The notes below the pieces were generated by a model. It worked only from the letters and a program-made list of their open reading frames with translations. It was not told the DNA's origin and did no database searches. Positions 23,784-34,569 of a DNA stretch of 34,569 nt are shown piece after piece; within the stretch, counting starts at the first letter, position 1, and each line of letters opens with the position of its first letter. Source of the DNA: Asterionella formosa (taxonomy: Eukaryota); the NCBI GenBank assembly GCA_002256025.1, contig NKIB01000204.1:1-34569 (forward strand). The letters run 5' to 3'. The translations under genes and the position numbers were made by a program.

Positions 23784-25261
23784 TGTACTACTAGATAAAT
23801 GTTGTCGTTCTCTTCCTTAAAATTCGATGATCTTAAAATCTTGCTAGTTACAATGAAATGAATCATTAGCCACTACATATAATATTTCACGCTGTCTAGA
23901 TATGATACCATAAAACCAACAGTGCTATTTACATTAGCTATCATATACAAAATCAGAACATCATCTCAACAATACCAGACGTTCCATATTGAGAGTGCCT
24001 TTGATTTTTATAAATGTACGACACTTGATACATTTATATATTTGTAAACTTTATAACTATATACATGGTAAATAAATTTGAAATCGTTCTGTCATGTTAA
24101 CAAACAATGCCTGCTTCATGAAAAGAAATATGCAAAGTAGTAAAGCACATGACAAGAAAGGAAAGTTTACACAATAACGAAAAACATTGTGGCTTCGACA
24201 CATTGCGCCTTCGAAGGATGGAGTATGTTTAAGAAGGTAATGAAGCCATCAATGTGGTACTTGGATGACAATCGTCGGGAGGCAGGATAACAACAAATTG
24301 TAAACTAAACGCACATTTCCTTTTTTCTCAATTGATTCAATGGCTCGTTTTGCTTGTTGGGGAGCACCAATGTAAAACAAAACAAAATTGGTAAGTGCTC
24401 TTGTCGTTGGACTTATTCACTTCTGATGGAACATAACTGACGGACACGCCACTTTAAGTTCTCTCAAAGTTAAGCTAACGAAAATGAATTGGTAAGTTTT
24501 ATTTGGCAACATTGGAAACCTGAAACTTACTTATTCAAGAATTTACTGACAATTTACTATTACAGACTTATGCATCACTTGCTTTGATTTGGCTGTGGTA
24601 AGTGAAGCAAGCAAGAGGATACGATGGAATGGCGTGATGTTGTGTCAGTGTAACATGTCTAGCTAACAAGTCATTCCTTCTCATTGTTACTGTAACTGCA
24701 TAGGAAAATAAAATCGATCAAACAACAGAATAGTCGGCAAGTTCAGAATGACACTAACAGCAGGGAGAGAGACACAACATTAGTAAGGCATTGCTTGGCA
24801 CAAGATTCAGAAAAGAGGAAGAAAAGGGCGAGACAGGAACAATGTACATTGAGCCGAGTAGAGAGAGAAACGTTGGGTTGCTGGCATGTAGAATAATAGA
24901 TAGCATTGCTAAATTTGATAGTTAAATTACGATCCATTTCAATCTATTTTGAACAATGCTTGTGATTAGAATTATGATCATGTTTACGATAGTTTTGCGA
25001 TGAAACAATTTACATGATAGCATAGAGTTGAGCTGATTTTAGGATGCGTTGTAGTAAAAATATACATCGGGCAATAACGAGGTAGTACAGGGGGTAGAAT
25101 TTTTTTCACATTTTGGTGGAATATTCTTACCAGGGTACGACTCGTACCTGTACCTGTGTACCTGGTGCACTGGCTGTGTTATGTTATGTTGAGGGATTAT
25201 ACTACTGATAAAACATCATAAATTAAAATAAACTTAAACATCAGTACAATTAAACATCAGC

Positions 25262-27383
25262 ATGGCAACAAGCAATGTTGACCAGGAGAGTAAATGAACT
25301 GACACATTCCCATGCTTACAAAAATGTACTTATTTCTATGATGTAGTACAGAGGTTATGGCAAATAGCCAATGATGGTACTAAAAGCTGTGAGTTTAGTG
25401 TAGAGGAGCCTGGGGAAAACAAGGATGATAACCAAACATTTGGCCAGTATTCTTCCATTAACTATAACTGCAAAAAAGGCATTGTAGTATTTTATTCCAC
25501 ATTTTCTTTTCACTTGGAATGTAATTACCCACAGTGGAAATCCAACAATGGTATGTGCCTGTCAATGACTTTGTCATCAAAAGGCCATAAAACAGAACAA
25601 GTCTACAGATAAGACAAGGGAAACATTAGAAGCAAGGCAGCCTCTAGAGTCTCACATTTAGCAAGATTTCAATCATGATGGTCATCCTTTTCTCATTCAA
25701 GTATAAAATATCCAATTCATCAATGGTATAAGCTGCTGCCTGTGCGTGTGTGTTGTGTCTGTCAGTTCCATGTGGTCCGCCAAATTGACAATTGCCCCCA
25801 ACTCACAAGAAAACTAACTGCAAATATTCGACTCCTTGTCGCTCTGATGGCCATGCTGCGTCTGTGTTGAACGAAAATTCTAAGGACGACAGGTATGCGC
25901 CAAGCCAGGTTCTCATTGTTTGCATCCCTGTCAAAAGGCAGTTGTTTTCTCCTTTCCTTGGCCATTATCTTGAGACGGAGTGGATGGACCAATGCACTAA
26001 CCCAAAAAACCGTGGGTTTTCCGCTATGAACTGACAATCCAGGAAATGATCAAGAAAGACTTAAACAATTCTGCAAGATGATGTGCATGCAGGAAAATCA
26101 TGAGTTTTGACAATTGAATAATGGTAAATTGTCAAAACAGGATCTCTAAGAACTCATTAACACATAAAAGTTGAAATGAATGCTCCTGAGATGATATTGT
26201 TTGAATGAGGGTGGCACATATCGTGGTGGTCAGCGCTGGGTAGTGTTCCTGACAAAGTTGCTTTTGCTGCAACAAATGCCAATAGCAACCCAAAATGGAA
26301 ATATCAGCCATATACTATCAAGGCGATCAATCCTAAACAAGTTCAGAGGTAACAAAGTTGAACGATTAAAACAAGTGAGCTAAAAGTTTTTAAAAAATAT
26401 TTTCGATCACTTGGTTGAGCTGGGCTTGGAAAAATGATGATGTGAGCCCTGTATGTCATTGTGAACCTTTCTGGTCACCTAGCCAGAGTACCCATGATGA
26501 TGTGCAAGACATTGGGGATTATAAACCATTCTTAGTTTATTTATTTCAGGTTCAATGCTGACTTTGAGACTGACTAAGTATATATTACTCGCTCATGAAT
26601 TCCTGGTTAATAGAGCATAAATTCTACTTTCTTCGTAGAGGTGACCGTTTAACCATAAGGAAATCACTGTATCATGATATTCTACTTCGAATTCAAACAT
26701 TGTAATAAGTGTTCTGAAATGTGTGGTTATGCCATTTACTAGGCTAAATGTTAGTAGAGCATGTCTATAACTGATGAACCATGTATCTGGGTTGGTTTAC
26801 ATAGCCGCACTATCCCTATATGTCAGATCCATTCTTGAGCTAGCTGAAGTTCTACTTTAGTAGAGCTTGTGGAATGGTCAACATTTGCTATATTTGTTGT
26901 AACTATTTAAATAGCCTTAATTTTAGGCTACCCAGCCGAGCAATATACCATAGGTCCACGTCACACAGCTTGCTCTAGGAACCAACAAACCAACAATCAA
27001 GCAGGTATTGCGGACAAACAAGCAAACATGGATGTGGATCCTGATAATGAAAGTAACCTTCCAAGACACCAAAACTATATTTGTTCTTTGGTAAGAATAG
27101 GAAGTTGGAATCACTAAACAAAAAACCAGAAAGGCTACTATTTACAAGCAGCAGGGCAGGCAGGGAGCAGGATGAGGAAAGATGCATCTACTATTGGCAG
27201 CGCAAGGTTGTCTGGGATGCAGTGGCAACTCTAGCTAGTTTGAGTGGGTACATGGCACATGTAGTAGCCCTGAATTAAATCTATGAGACATATGGTCAGG
27301 ATAAGACTGTTAATCACATTCTCGTCAACCAAATGTTGAAAGGTTGCAGTGGTGGTGGGCATCCACAACTACAGCCGTGTTAA
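25262..27383 (+). mobile_element. Crypton-like tyrosine-recombinase DNA transposon pseudogene with GCR1_C-like C-terminus
   Basis: Ordered decayed motifs: KKAL.YFIP, WNVITHSGNPT..VNDF..RQGK..ARQPL, DDRYAPSQVL..LGHYLE, LRTH*HIK (cf. GTHSIRK), CS*DDI, then SKTP/KTIFVLW*E*EVGI..KKPERLLFT..RKVVWDAV..IYETYGQ..GGHPQL. Confidence 0.7.
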
Positions 27384-27575
27384 GCTAGATAAATGTGTAT
27401 ACTACTAAATAATAACATAATTACTTACTATATGAAATTCAAATTTCATTTTCAATGAACTGTACCTTGTTATTTCATTGCCTGCTTCTTACCCAGTATA
27501 AACACCAGACCAGTTGAATCAGCATTACACACAACGAAGCTAGCAAAATCCGGCAACACCAGGTGCTGGTACCTG

Positions 27576-27663
27576 CAAGTTGCGGTAATTTTGCTGAAAC
27601 TAAAAGTTTAGCTATCTTTATCCCATATTAAATTGTTAGTTTAAGCAAATTTACCGCAACTTG
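27576..27663. mobile_element. MITE copy 3 (88 bp, best preserved; CTG TSD)
   Basis: TIRs CAAGTTGCGGTAATTTTGCTGAAACTAA / TTAGTTTAAGCAAATTTACCGCAACTTG (26/28). CTG at 27573-27575 and 27664-27666. Confidence 0.9.
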
Positions 27664-27899
27664 CTGGTGCATACCGTAGTAATCGGTACCAGGGTACTTC
27701 ATGCATTGTAACAGCATCGCCCCAGGTGACACGAGGTACCGGTACCTGGTTCCAGGCACCAGCAACGGTGGCACTGCCCACTCACACACAGTGCATGCTT
27801 TGTACATGCATCATGATAGTTAACTAGTGCACTAGCTTTCACTACGACAAAAAATGGTAGTATTGGGGGTAGAATTAATTGTCAATACTGGCACAGTAT

Positions 27900-29400
27900 A
27901 CAACGCACTACAAGCAGATGCAAGAACCACAGAAATTGACAAGAAACTCATGGAGATAGACCAAAATGACTGACATCCACCCAACAGCATCATTAAATTG
28001 AGTAAGGCATTGATGATGTTTATACATCCAAATCCGATCCAGACAGACCGTTTCCATCACACCGTACCTACACAGTATACAACACACTACAATCAAATGA
28101 AAGAATCGAAAAGAAACTCGTGGTGACAGACCAATCACAAAAAAGAAACCAACACCAGAGAAATAGCACCAAGGAGTGGGACACAAAGACAATCCTTTAC
28201 CCAATCACCACTTGCAATCCAATTCTCTGGCTGACATTAATAGTGCACCGGTCTATGAGAACCAATCCAAGAACAATGCTACCTTTTAACCCTACTTCTG
28301 CATGAGGAAGTGACTACCTATCCAAAATTCCACTGCCCCACATTCAATGTGGGGCAGTGGATATAAGTTATATGGGCCATGGAGTGCAACGACTACAAAC
28401 CTAGAAATAAACTATTAAGAATGCGCAATAAAAGTGATTATCATATACATTCGTTATCCAATAATTGCATTCAGACCCAAATAAATGGACATCATTTTTA
28501 TTTGTCTGTACGGTACAATGGGACCTGTTTTTGCATCAGTCGCACCCCTGGAACCCTAGAGACTACATGAAAAGGAAAGGTGGAAAATGCAGGAATCGGA
28601 CCCACCACCGCAGAAGGGTGTGCTCAACAAGCCATTCCCCTACACAACCTATAAAATACTACACAGTACCGGTACAGCATGGTGTATGATCAAAGTACAT
28701 TTACCAGTAGCTATACGCTATACTTATGTATTTCATATACCCCTGAAGGTCCGGTAGCCTATGGTTTAAGCACACCTTTTCAGTTTCGACTCATGATTTT
28801 TTCCATGCCTGCCAGACAAGTCTGGCTTTCCATTTCAACTCTATTCAGGTTGCGGCCACGGCTTAACCCTCGTTTGGAGCAAAACTTCGCTAGGGTTGTA
28901 AAATCGCATGGAACAGGGAGTTCATTGCAGTGAATTTCCATGATTCAAGTGTCTGTTCGAATATTTATATTGAATAGTAATTGACACCAGATTTATAGAG
29001 TTTCATTTCAAACAAACAAAAATGATATTTACAAGTTTATATTATATCCTCGTTGGTGAAATTAGATAGAATATTACTCCATGCCAAAACACACATATAA
29101 ATCAGTAGTATGCTGGTATGTAATGAGCAATGATTACAAAATTCATTCATGGATGGTTACCAAAGGGTTCCACTAGAGCTCTCATATCCAAAGGGAGTAC
29201 ATCCATTCCTCATTGCAAGGATTTGGAAACCACAGAGCACATCCTCACCTGTAATAATCCCAAAACCCGGATTTGCTATGGGCCAGATTGGACAAAAAGA
29301 CAGGTCCTGTTGTACCGTACTACGGACGAATAAAACCGGTACTAATTGTGTCCATCTATTTGGTGGGCCCGAGTGCAATTATTGGATAGCTTTAATGTAC
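27900..29400 (+). mobile_element. Degraded non-LTR retrotransposon (LINE) 3' fragment, probably interrupted around 28670-29070
   Basis: ITKFIHGWLP..PHCKDLETTEHILTC (29130-29250) matches the C-terminal zinc knuckle of LINE ORF2. The upstream extent is poorly supported. Confidence 0.5.
28329..28361. repeat. Perfect 16-bp inverted repeat with 1-nt spacer
   Basis: TCCACTGCCCCACATT-C-AATGTGGGGCAGTGGA. Confidence 0.95.
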
Positions 29401-32400
29401 CATAAAATTTAATTGACATTTTAAGAATAGCAATCGCCAAGTATCCCCTGGATTCTTCACAAAGCATAGTAATGTATATCATTACAATTGATAGAGGGAA
29501 ATTATATAGGATGTGTTTGTTGACTGAGAATAAATTGTATATCATCATGTAGGCCTATTAAATTACAATCTTGTCTGCTAAAACTGGATGATTGACGAAA
29601 AAGGTAAGGATGAGTTCATCATCCAATTCAATTGAGAGAGTAGAAGTGGAAGTTGATGCTGAAGATTTCGGCCCAATATCATCCCCCACCAAAGACTCAA
29701 GTCTCGGGAGGCGAGAGATGGAATCTGCTACAGCATTATCAAGCTCTTCACCTCGTGAAAGTAGGATTATATTCTCCAATACAAATCCTCCAATGTAGCA
29801 CACGTTGCTTGAGTGTGTAAGGTATTATAAATAAATTTATGATGATCAGTGTGAACGTGTAGAACCGCACCCAATAGCATAGAGAGAAATTATTTGGAAG
29901 TTTCTACAATAGTAGATAATTCATTTTCAATAATGTTATAATTTTTCTGAGTAGCAGACAATTTGCGAGAATAATAAGAAACAGGGAGAGTATTTTGCAT
30001 AATGGCTGACCCTAATTGATAATCAGAAACATCAGAAAAAATATGGAATGTAAAATTATGATCAGGATAACGCATGAGTGTACCTGCAACTAACTATGCT
30101 TTCGTTGATTCAAAAACTTATTGATGTGTAAGAACAGGTAACGAAACAAAGGGACCAGTTCCAATTTAATCCGTGAGTGGTTCGAGAGCATGAAGGCGTC
30201 GAGGAAATAATTTCTCGACAGTAGTAGGTAACCGCACCTAGAAAAGATCTGACGTGTTTGAGATTGGTAGGTGAAGACATATTAATCAATACTAGGCTGG
30301 AACTTATAAGTCCAAGGTTCCAGTCCATTAAAAGTTAACCAATACCCTAACCAATCTGTCTCTTGGACTGCCCATTCACAGTTGGATGGATTAAGTGTGA
30401 AACCATTTGCCTGTATGCGATTTAAAGTAGTATCCAACGAATGTAGGTGATCTTGAAATTCATAGAAAAACAACCCACATCATCAATATAACTTTACACG
30501 TAATCTAAATCAAAAGTATAATATTGCATAGACTCATCCAATTTTGTGAAAAATGCATAGCCAACACGTTTAGTGAGAATATTTTGTATTCGAGGTAAAG
30601 GATAAATATTGCGATTGATGACTTTATTTAAGAAACGAAAAATTTGACACCCATCGAAAACTTCCAACCTTTTTGGGAATAATAAAAGTAGGATATGCCA
30701 TTTGGAAGCACCACATTTTTGTAAGACTCAAATATCACCTAACAATTGTAATTCGGTTTTAAAAACTTCTAAATGAATATGGGCGACCGTATAGTATGCT
30801 CGTTGATGGCCGGGAGTAGCATCTGATAATAATTCCAAATGAACCTGTTTATGAGGAGGATAAACTTTAAATTTGCCATCAAATCATGTTTGATATTTAG
30901 ACAATTTAGTTTGTCTAGTACGTGACCATTGAACTGTTGTCAAATGCACTTTTTTATTCACCACTGCATTGATACTATTCCCGTAATTTATTCAGCAGTT
31001 TTAATTTCCAGAGCATATGAGGATTCCGTAACAAGAGATGCATCAAAAAATAAAAATATATCATGTAAACGTTCAAAAAATCTGAGAGGATGCATAGAAA
31101 CAATCATATCCATACATGACATGGTGTTGTCAACAAATTCAATGGTTAAACCAACATGACGAAGGAAATCACGTCCAAAAATAGCATCAAATGTATATAA
31201 GCCATTGAAAACTTGCATTTTTGTTGTAAATACGAGCAGACCGATTAAATTTGGGAAGAATTGTTGGATCATGTCAAATAACACTGGCATGAGATGAATA
31301 AGTACCACCTATGTTATGTTTAATTGGGATGTCTTGTTAGACAGAGAAATACCTTGAGGCATAACCCATTCATGTATTAAAGATAGGGATCCTGTACTAT
31401 TTAATAGTACCCATTATTTTTTGCATAAGAATAACATCCACCAATCGTGGGGCTAATAGCAGAGACATCGGAGGAACTAAATCAATACATACAAACATGT
31501 CTTTATTTGTGAAACAGGAATCCGGAATCGGACCCTGGTATTTATATGGAACATCAGGTCCATCGCTCTATACATTTATATATGTCCCGTGGTACAGCAA
31601 CAGCGGTATCCATTGTAAGTTCAACCTGTAAATGAACATTATCCAGGTGATGATTGATGTGAGAATGCTCAATGAGTCATTATAAATGGCATCGCTATTT
31701 TTGCACGTACCTCTGTGATGGCAATAAGCATTCTGCTATTATATAGTAGGGAAAAAAGCCACTAACTGACCGGCAGGAGGGTTCATGACCGCTGAAATCT
31801 ACATATTGCTTCTTGTTAGGATCGGCACATGGCATGGTACCAGGTACCAGGTACCCCAACCGGATGGATGATTATTACGACCCCATGCATTTAACATAGT
31901 ACGAGCAAGGAACAGGCACAGGGTTAACAGTGTCAGTATGATAGCTTTCCGTACTAGGGTTACTGTGTGCTCTGCCCTCCTCATGATCACTAAAATTTCC
32001 GTGGCCATTATGACAACCTGCTCGACCGCCTTGAGTATGAGGGTTCTGAAAGCAATTGCCTCAAGTATATGTACCTTCAGGGTGTACCGGGCAAGGGCCA
32101 CAATAATCATGTGAGGTACAAATGGCTTGTAGAGCTTGATGATGGACGGTCGCTTGTCAATCCCAGGCATGACCAGCCGTGTTCACAAAAGCACGCACCC
32201 TTCCACGACCACTTGGAGTAAAATTGTTTTGGTATAACTGACGACTGACGCGCTCGTTCTCTTGATACGTCACATGATTACCTTCAGCAATACAAAGACG
32301 ATTTTGCGTGATATTCTAAAAAGCGTTCTTAGGAACTTGCTTATTTCGATCCTTAAATGACTGTTTACTCTCGAAGTAAGTAAGAACTGAGCGAATCGAT

Positions 32401-32795
32401 TGGTCTGAGGTCCTTCTTGGCATGATTCAATTTAAACTCTTGTTGCCACTCATTGGGCATTGATCGGATCATGATGATATGCATGTCTACTTTCGAAAAT
32501 CCAGTTCGATCTTCTAGATGAGGGAATAATTGGAGTACCGGTAGCCTGTTTTAATTTTTAAAATGAGCTCCGAAATCCATCACCAGCATTGAAAAGGTTT
32601 TTGATAGATAGCAAAGCATCCATTGACGTTGACATTGAAAATTATTGTTTTGAAGATGATCATCAAGCCATAAAACCATCGCTTCATCGAAACTATCATA
32701 GGATTGATCTTCTGGGTTAACTTCCACATTTAACCAATCCGATAAGGCAATATTGGTCAAAATCATTTTGAAATAGGAAAAGGTACCTGCAGGGG

Positions 32796-33023
32796 GGCTA
32801 AAAGCACATTGTCCATAAATAAAAAGTGTTGCACATATAAGATCAGGGGTATTGTACAATAAATGGCAAAGAATTTTTCTGTGCATGATACACATTTTGT
32901 TATTTGTGTGATAAGGTGATAAGTACATAACATACATATGAATATTTGATTAGCATGTTTATACTTATAATGTTTGATCACATTGTTCCAATATTGATCA
33001 ATATTGAGCATGTGCTAGTAGCC
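32796..33023. mobile_element. Possible MITE inserted in the Gypsy gag
   Basis: AT-rich block interrupting gag. Imperfect TIRs GGCTAAAAGCACATTGTCCATA vs the reverse complement of the right end, GGCTACTAGCACATGCTCAATA (17/22). No clear TSD. Confidence 0.45.
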
Positions 33024-33236
33024 ATGATGTCATGAACTTGACTCAATCTGATAAACAAGGCTTCCACAGAGCTTCCATCAATCACAAATTGGTCAAACAA
33101 TTAAGATCCTCCACCAGTCAAAGCAACTTGAAACGTTTAAGTTTTAATAGTAATCTTTGATCATAGGATTGACAGGAACTCTTGAATACATAGCTATGTT
33201 TGTTCTGGTCTAATCAGACTCTTTTTGAATTCAAAG

Positions 33237-33400
33237 TGAAGTATCTAACTAGAAGTATTAGTATTTGTTGAATATATGAGCTTATTATTTAATCTTGATA
33301 TGCAACTCATTATACAATATGTGTTAGTTGTGTTCTGATGTAAATGATATAACTATAACCCTATATACATCTGTATAGTGTACAGGATGACCATCGCTCA
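33237..33400 (-). repeat. 5' LTR of the Gypsy element (164 bp)
   Basis: Minus strand TGAGCGATGG...AGATACTTCA, homologous to the solo LTRs. Flanked by CCTGG at 33401-33405. Confidence 0.85.
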
Positions 33401-33415
33401 CCTGGTACCAGGGTA

Positions 33416-34569
33416 CCACTTAAAAACTGTAAGCCACCGCTATGACGACTTTTGAACTGTAAGCCACCGCTAAACGGAGTAAATGCACGGTTTGAACTTA
33501 GTTTGGAAGATACGTTAATTATTGTCACGAAGGAGTTGTTCAGATTTATATAGCGAGTAAATACGTACGTACTTGTATTCTTGCATTGTGTAAGTTGTTA
33601 TCTACTTATTACGGCCCAAAGGTTGCTGTCGACGCGAAAATGCGAAAAATGGAAAATTTCATGTTTACTCTATTGAGCTGGCATCGTCTTTCTACACGTG
33701 CACATGTATTTGGAGAAATTCTTGCCATAGAATTAATTTAGCATTATTAAATGTGTGTACGACGTCATTGTGCTTTCGAATACATTATGCGTCAGAAGAA
33801 TTCGGTGATGATGCAAGCGCAAAAAGCATACTGCATCGCGCAAAAAAGGTAAAGTAATACGAAAATAGTTTCTGTAGTATGAACGGAGTAAATATAATCA
33901 CGGTTTGGGGGGAAAATATAGTCATGTATGTATAGAAAAATATGCACTGTAAGCCACCGCTATACAACAATCTTAATGACTTTAAAAAAATTAGATCTTC
34001 ATGGATTTATACACTGAATCGAAACTGATTACTTATTCGTAGAAAAGAGTGCATCATGTAACATACACTTCGTACTTTTATCAGGTTTCGATTGTTACCG
34101 TAAAACCTGGTGTCTCGTATCCCCCCAGATACCTGTACCCCCCTTTGTACATCTGGCGCAACACTCCCAAATATTTCCTGTGTACAGAAAAAATCTTGAA
34201 TTGTCTCCTGATCCAGCCTTGTATTTTGGGCGACACGAGTCACACGCCTAATGACAATGTCCTCACGGGCAAGCCAGCGCTTGATCCGTTTTTCAATTGC
34301 CTTCAGCGACACATTTTCGTTCCCAGGTTGCCTCTTAAGCTCAACACTGAGCATCCTGGTGGTGCAGGCCCTATCTTGAAGCCGCAACTGGTCAAAAAGA
34401 GTCTTCAATCCTTCGAAATCAGCAGCACTTTTTGGAGAGCGGCCCGGGTGAGCGATTTTTTTCATCAACACCTTCCTCTGAATCACACCTTCTTCCTGCA
34501 GAGGAATCTCCGCCACCTCCGCCGGAACCACAACCATCGCACCATCCAGCATGGACTTCCAGCTCCGGA
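33416..34569 (-). mobile_element. pogo/Tc5-like transposon derivative (CENP-B-type HTH ORF, catalytic domain missing); runs off the window
   Basis: ORF 34007-34552 reads HPGR..LRLQDRACTTRML..IKRWLAREDIVIRRVTRVAQ and loses similarity after QETIQDF. TA|CCACTTAAAAACTG terminus. 17-mer ACTGTAAGCCACCGCTA at 33426, 33456 and 33946. Confidence 0.7.

Larger units (their letters stand above)
14225..25056 (-). mobile_element. Large degraded Plavaka/CACTA-like DNA transposon (~10.8 kb; boundaries tentative)
   Basis: Contains a Plavaka-like transposase and two other decayed ORFs. Short inverted termini TACTACAA (14225) / TTGTAGTA (25049-25056). Inverted subterminal matches AAAACTATCRTA and TGATCATAATT at 14340-14395 vs 24970-24996. 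Confidence 0.5.
29430..33400 (-). mobile_element. Ty3/Gypsy LTR retrotransposon, degraded and 3'-truncated (LTR-gag-PR-RT-RNase H; integrase core and 3' LTR absent)
   Basis: gag FSYFKMIL..QRQWM and knuckle CPVHPEGT.T*GNCFQNP. Protease DAIFGRDFL. RT PTFIIPKK, YPLPRI, YIDD (30479-30490), WLGYWLT. RNase H SDVSDYQLGSAIMQ..YYSRKL..ENEL..HTDH..NAVADSISRL. The RT-RH order directly after PR is Gypsy-type. Confidence 0.92.

Noticed and set aside
14204..25170. CCTGGTGCAC at 14204 and 25161 as a 10-bp TSD of the large element
   Set aside because: The core is the locally recurrent target motif, no TIRs abut these positions, and CACTA-like elements make short TSDs.
1..34569. tRNA, rRNA or other ncRNA genes
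   Set aside because: None was recognisable by eye; a covariance-model scan would be needed to exclude them.

Overview
Eukaryotic sequence, most likely a pennate diatom; this is inferred from the style of the proteins and transposon families. Only two genes look intact: a minus-strand HtrA/DegP serine protease with a PDZ domain and probable plastid targeting (648-2681), and a plus-strand HMG-box protein with a Q-rich tail (11282-12274). The rest is mostly nested, decayed mobile DNA: an 88-bp MITE family (3 copies), a truncated Gypsy element plus related solo LTRs, mariner, PIF/Harbinger and pogo remnants, a ~10.8-kb Plavaka/CACTA-like element with two accessory ORFs, a Crypton-like tyrosine-recombinase transposon, a possible Ngaro-like 3' end, a LINE fragment and a CACTA-like subterminal repeat array. 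The most striking pattern is that the MITEs (3-bp CWG TSD) and the LTRs (5-bp CCTGG TSD) both insert into CCWGG, usually within YACCWGGTR, and this motif also sits at other element junctions. Family assignments come from motifs recognised by eye, not database searches, and boundaries of degraded elements are approximate. There are assembly gaps at 2757-3170 and 9543-9552.
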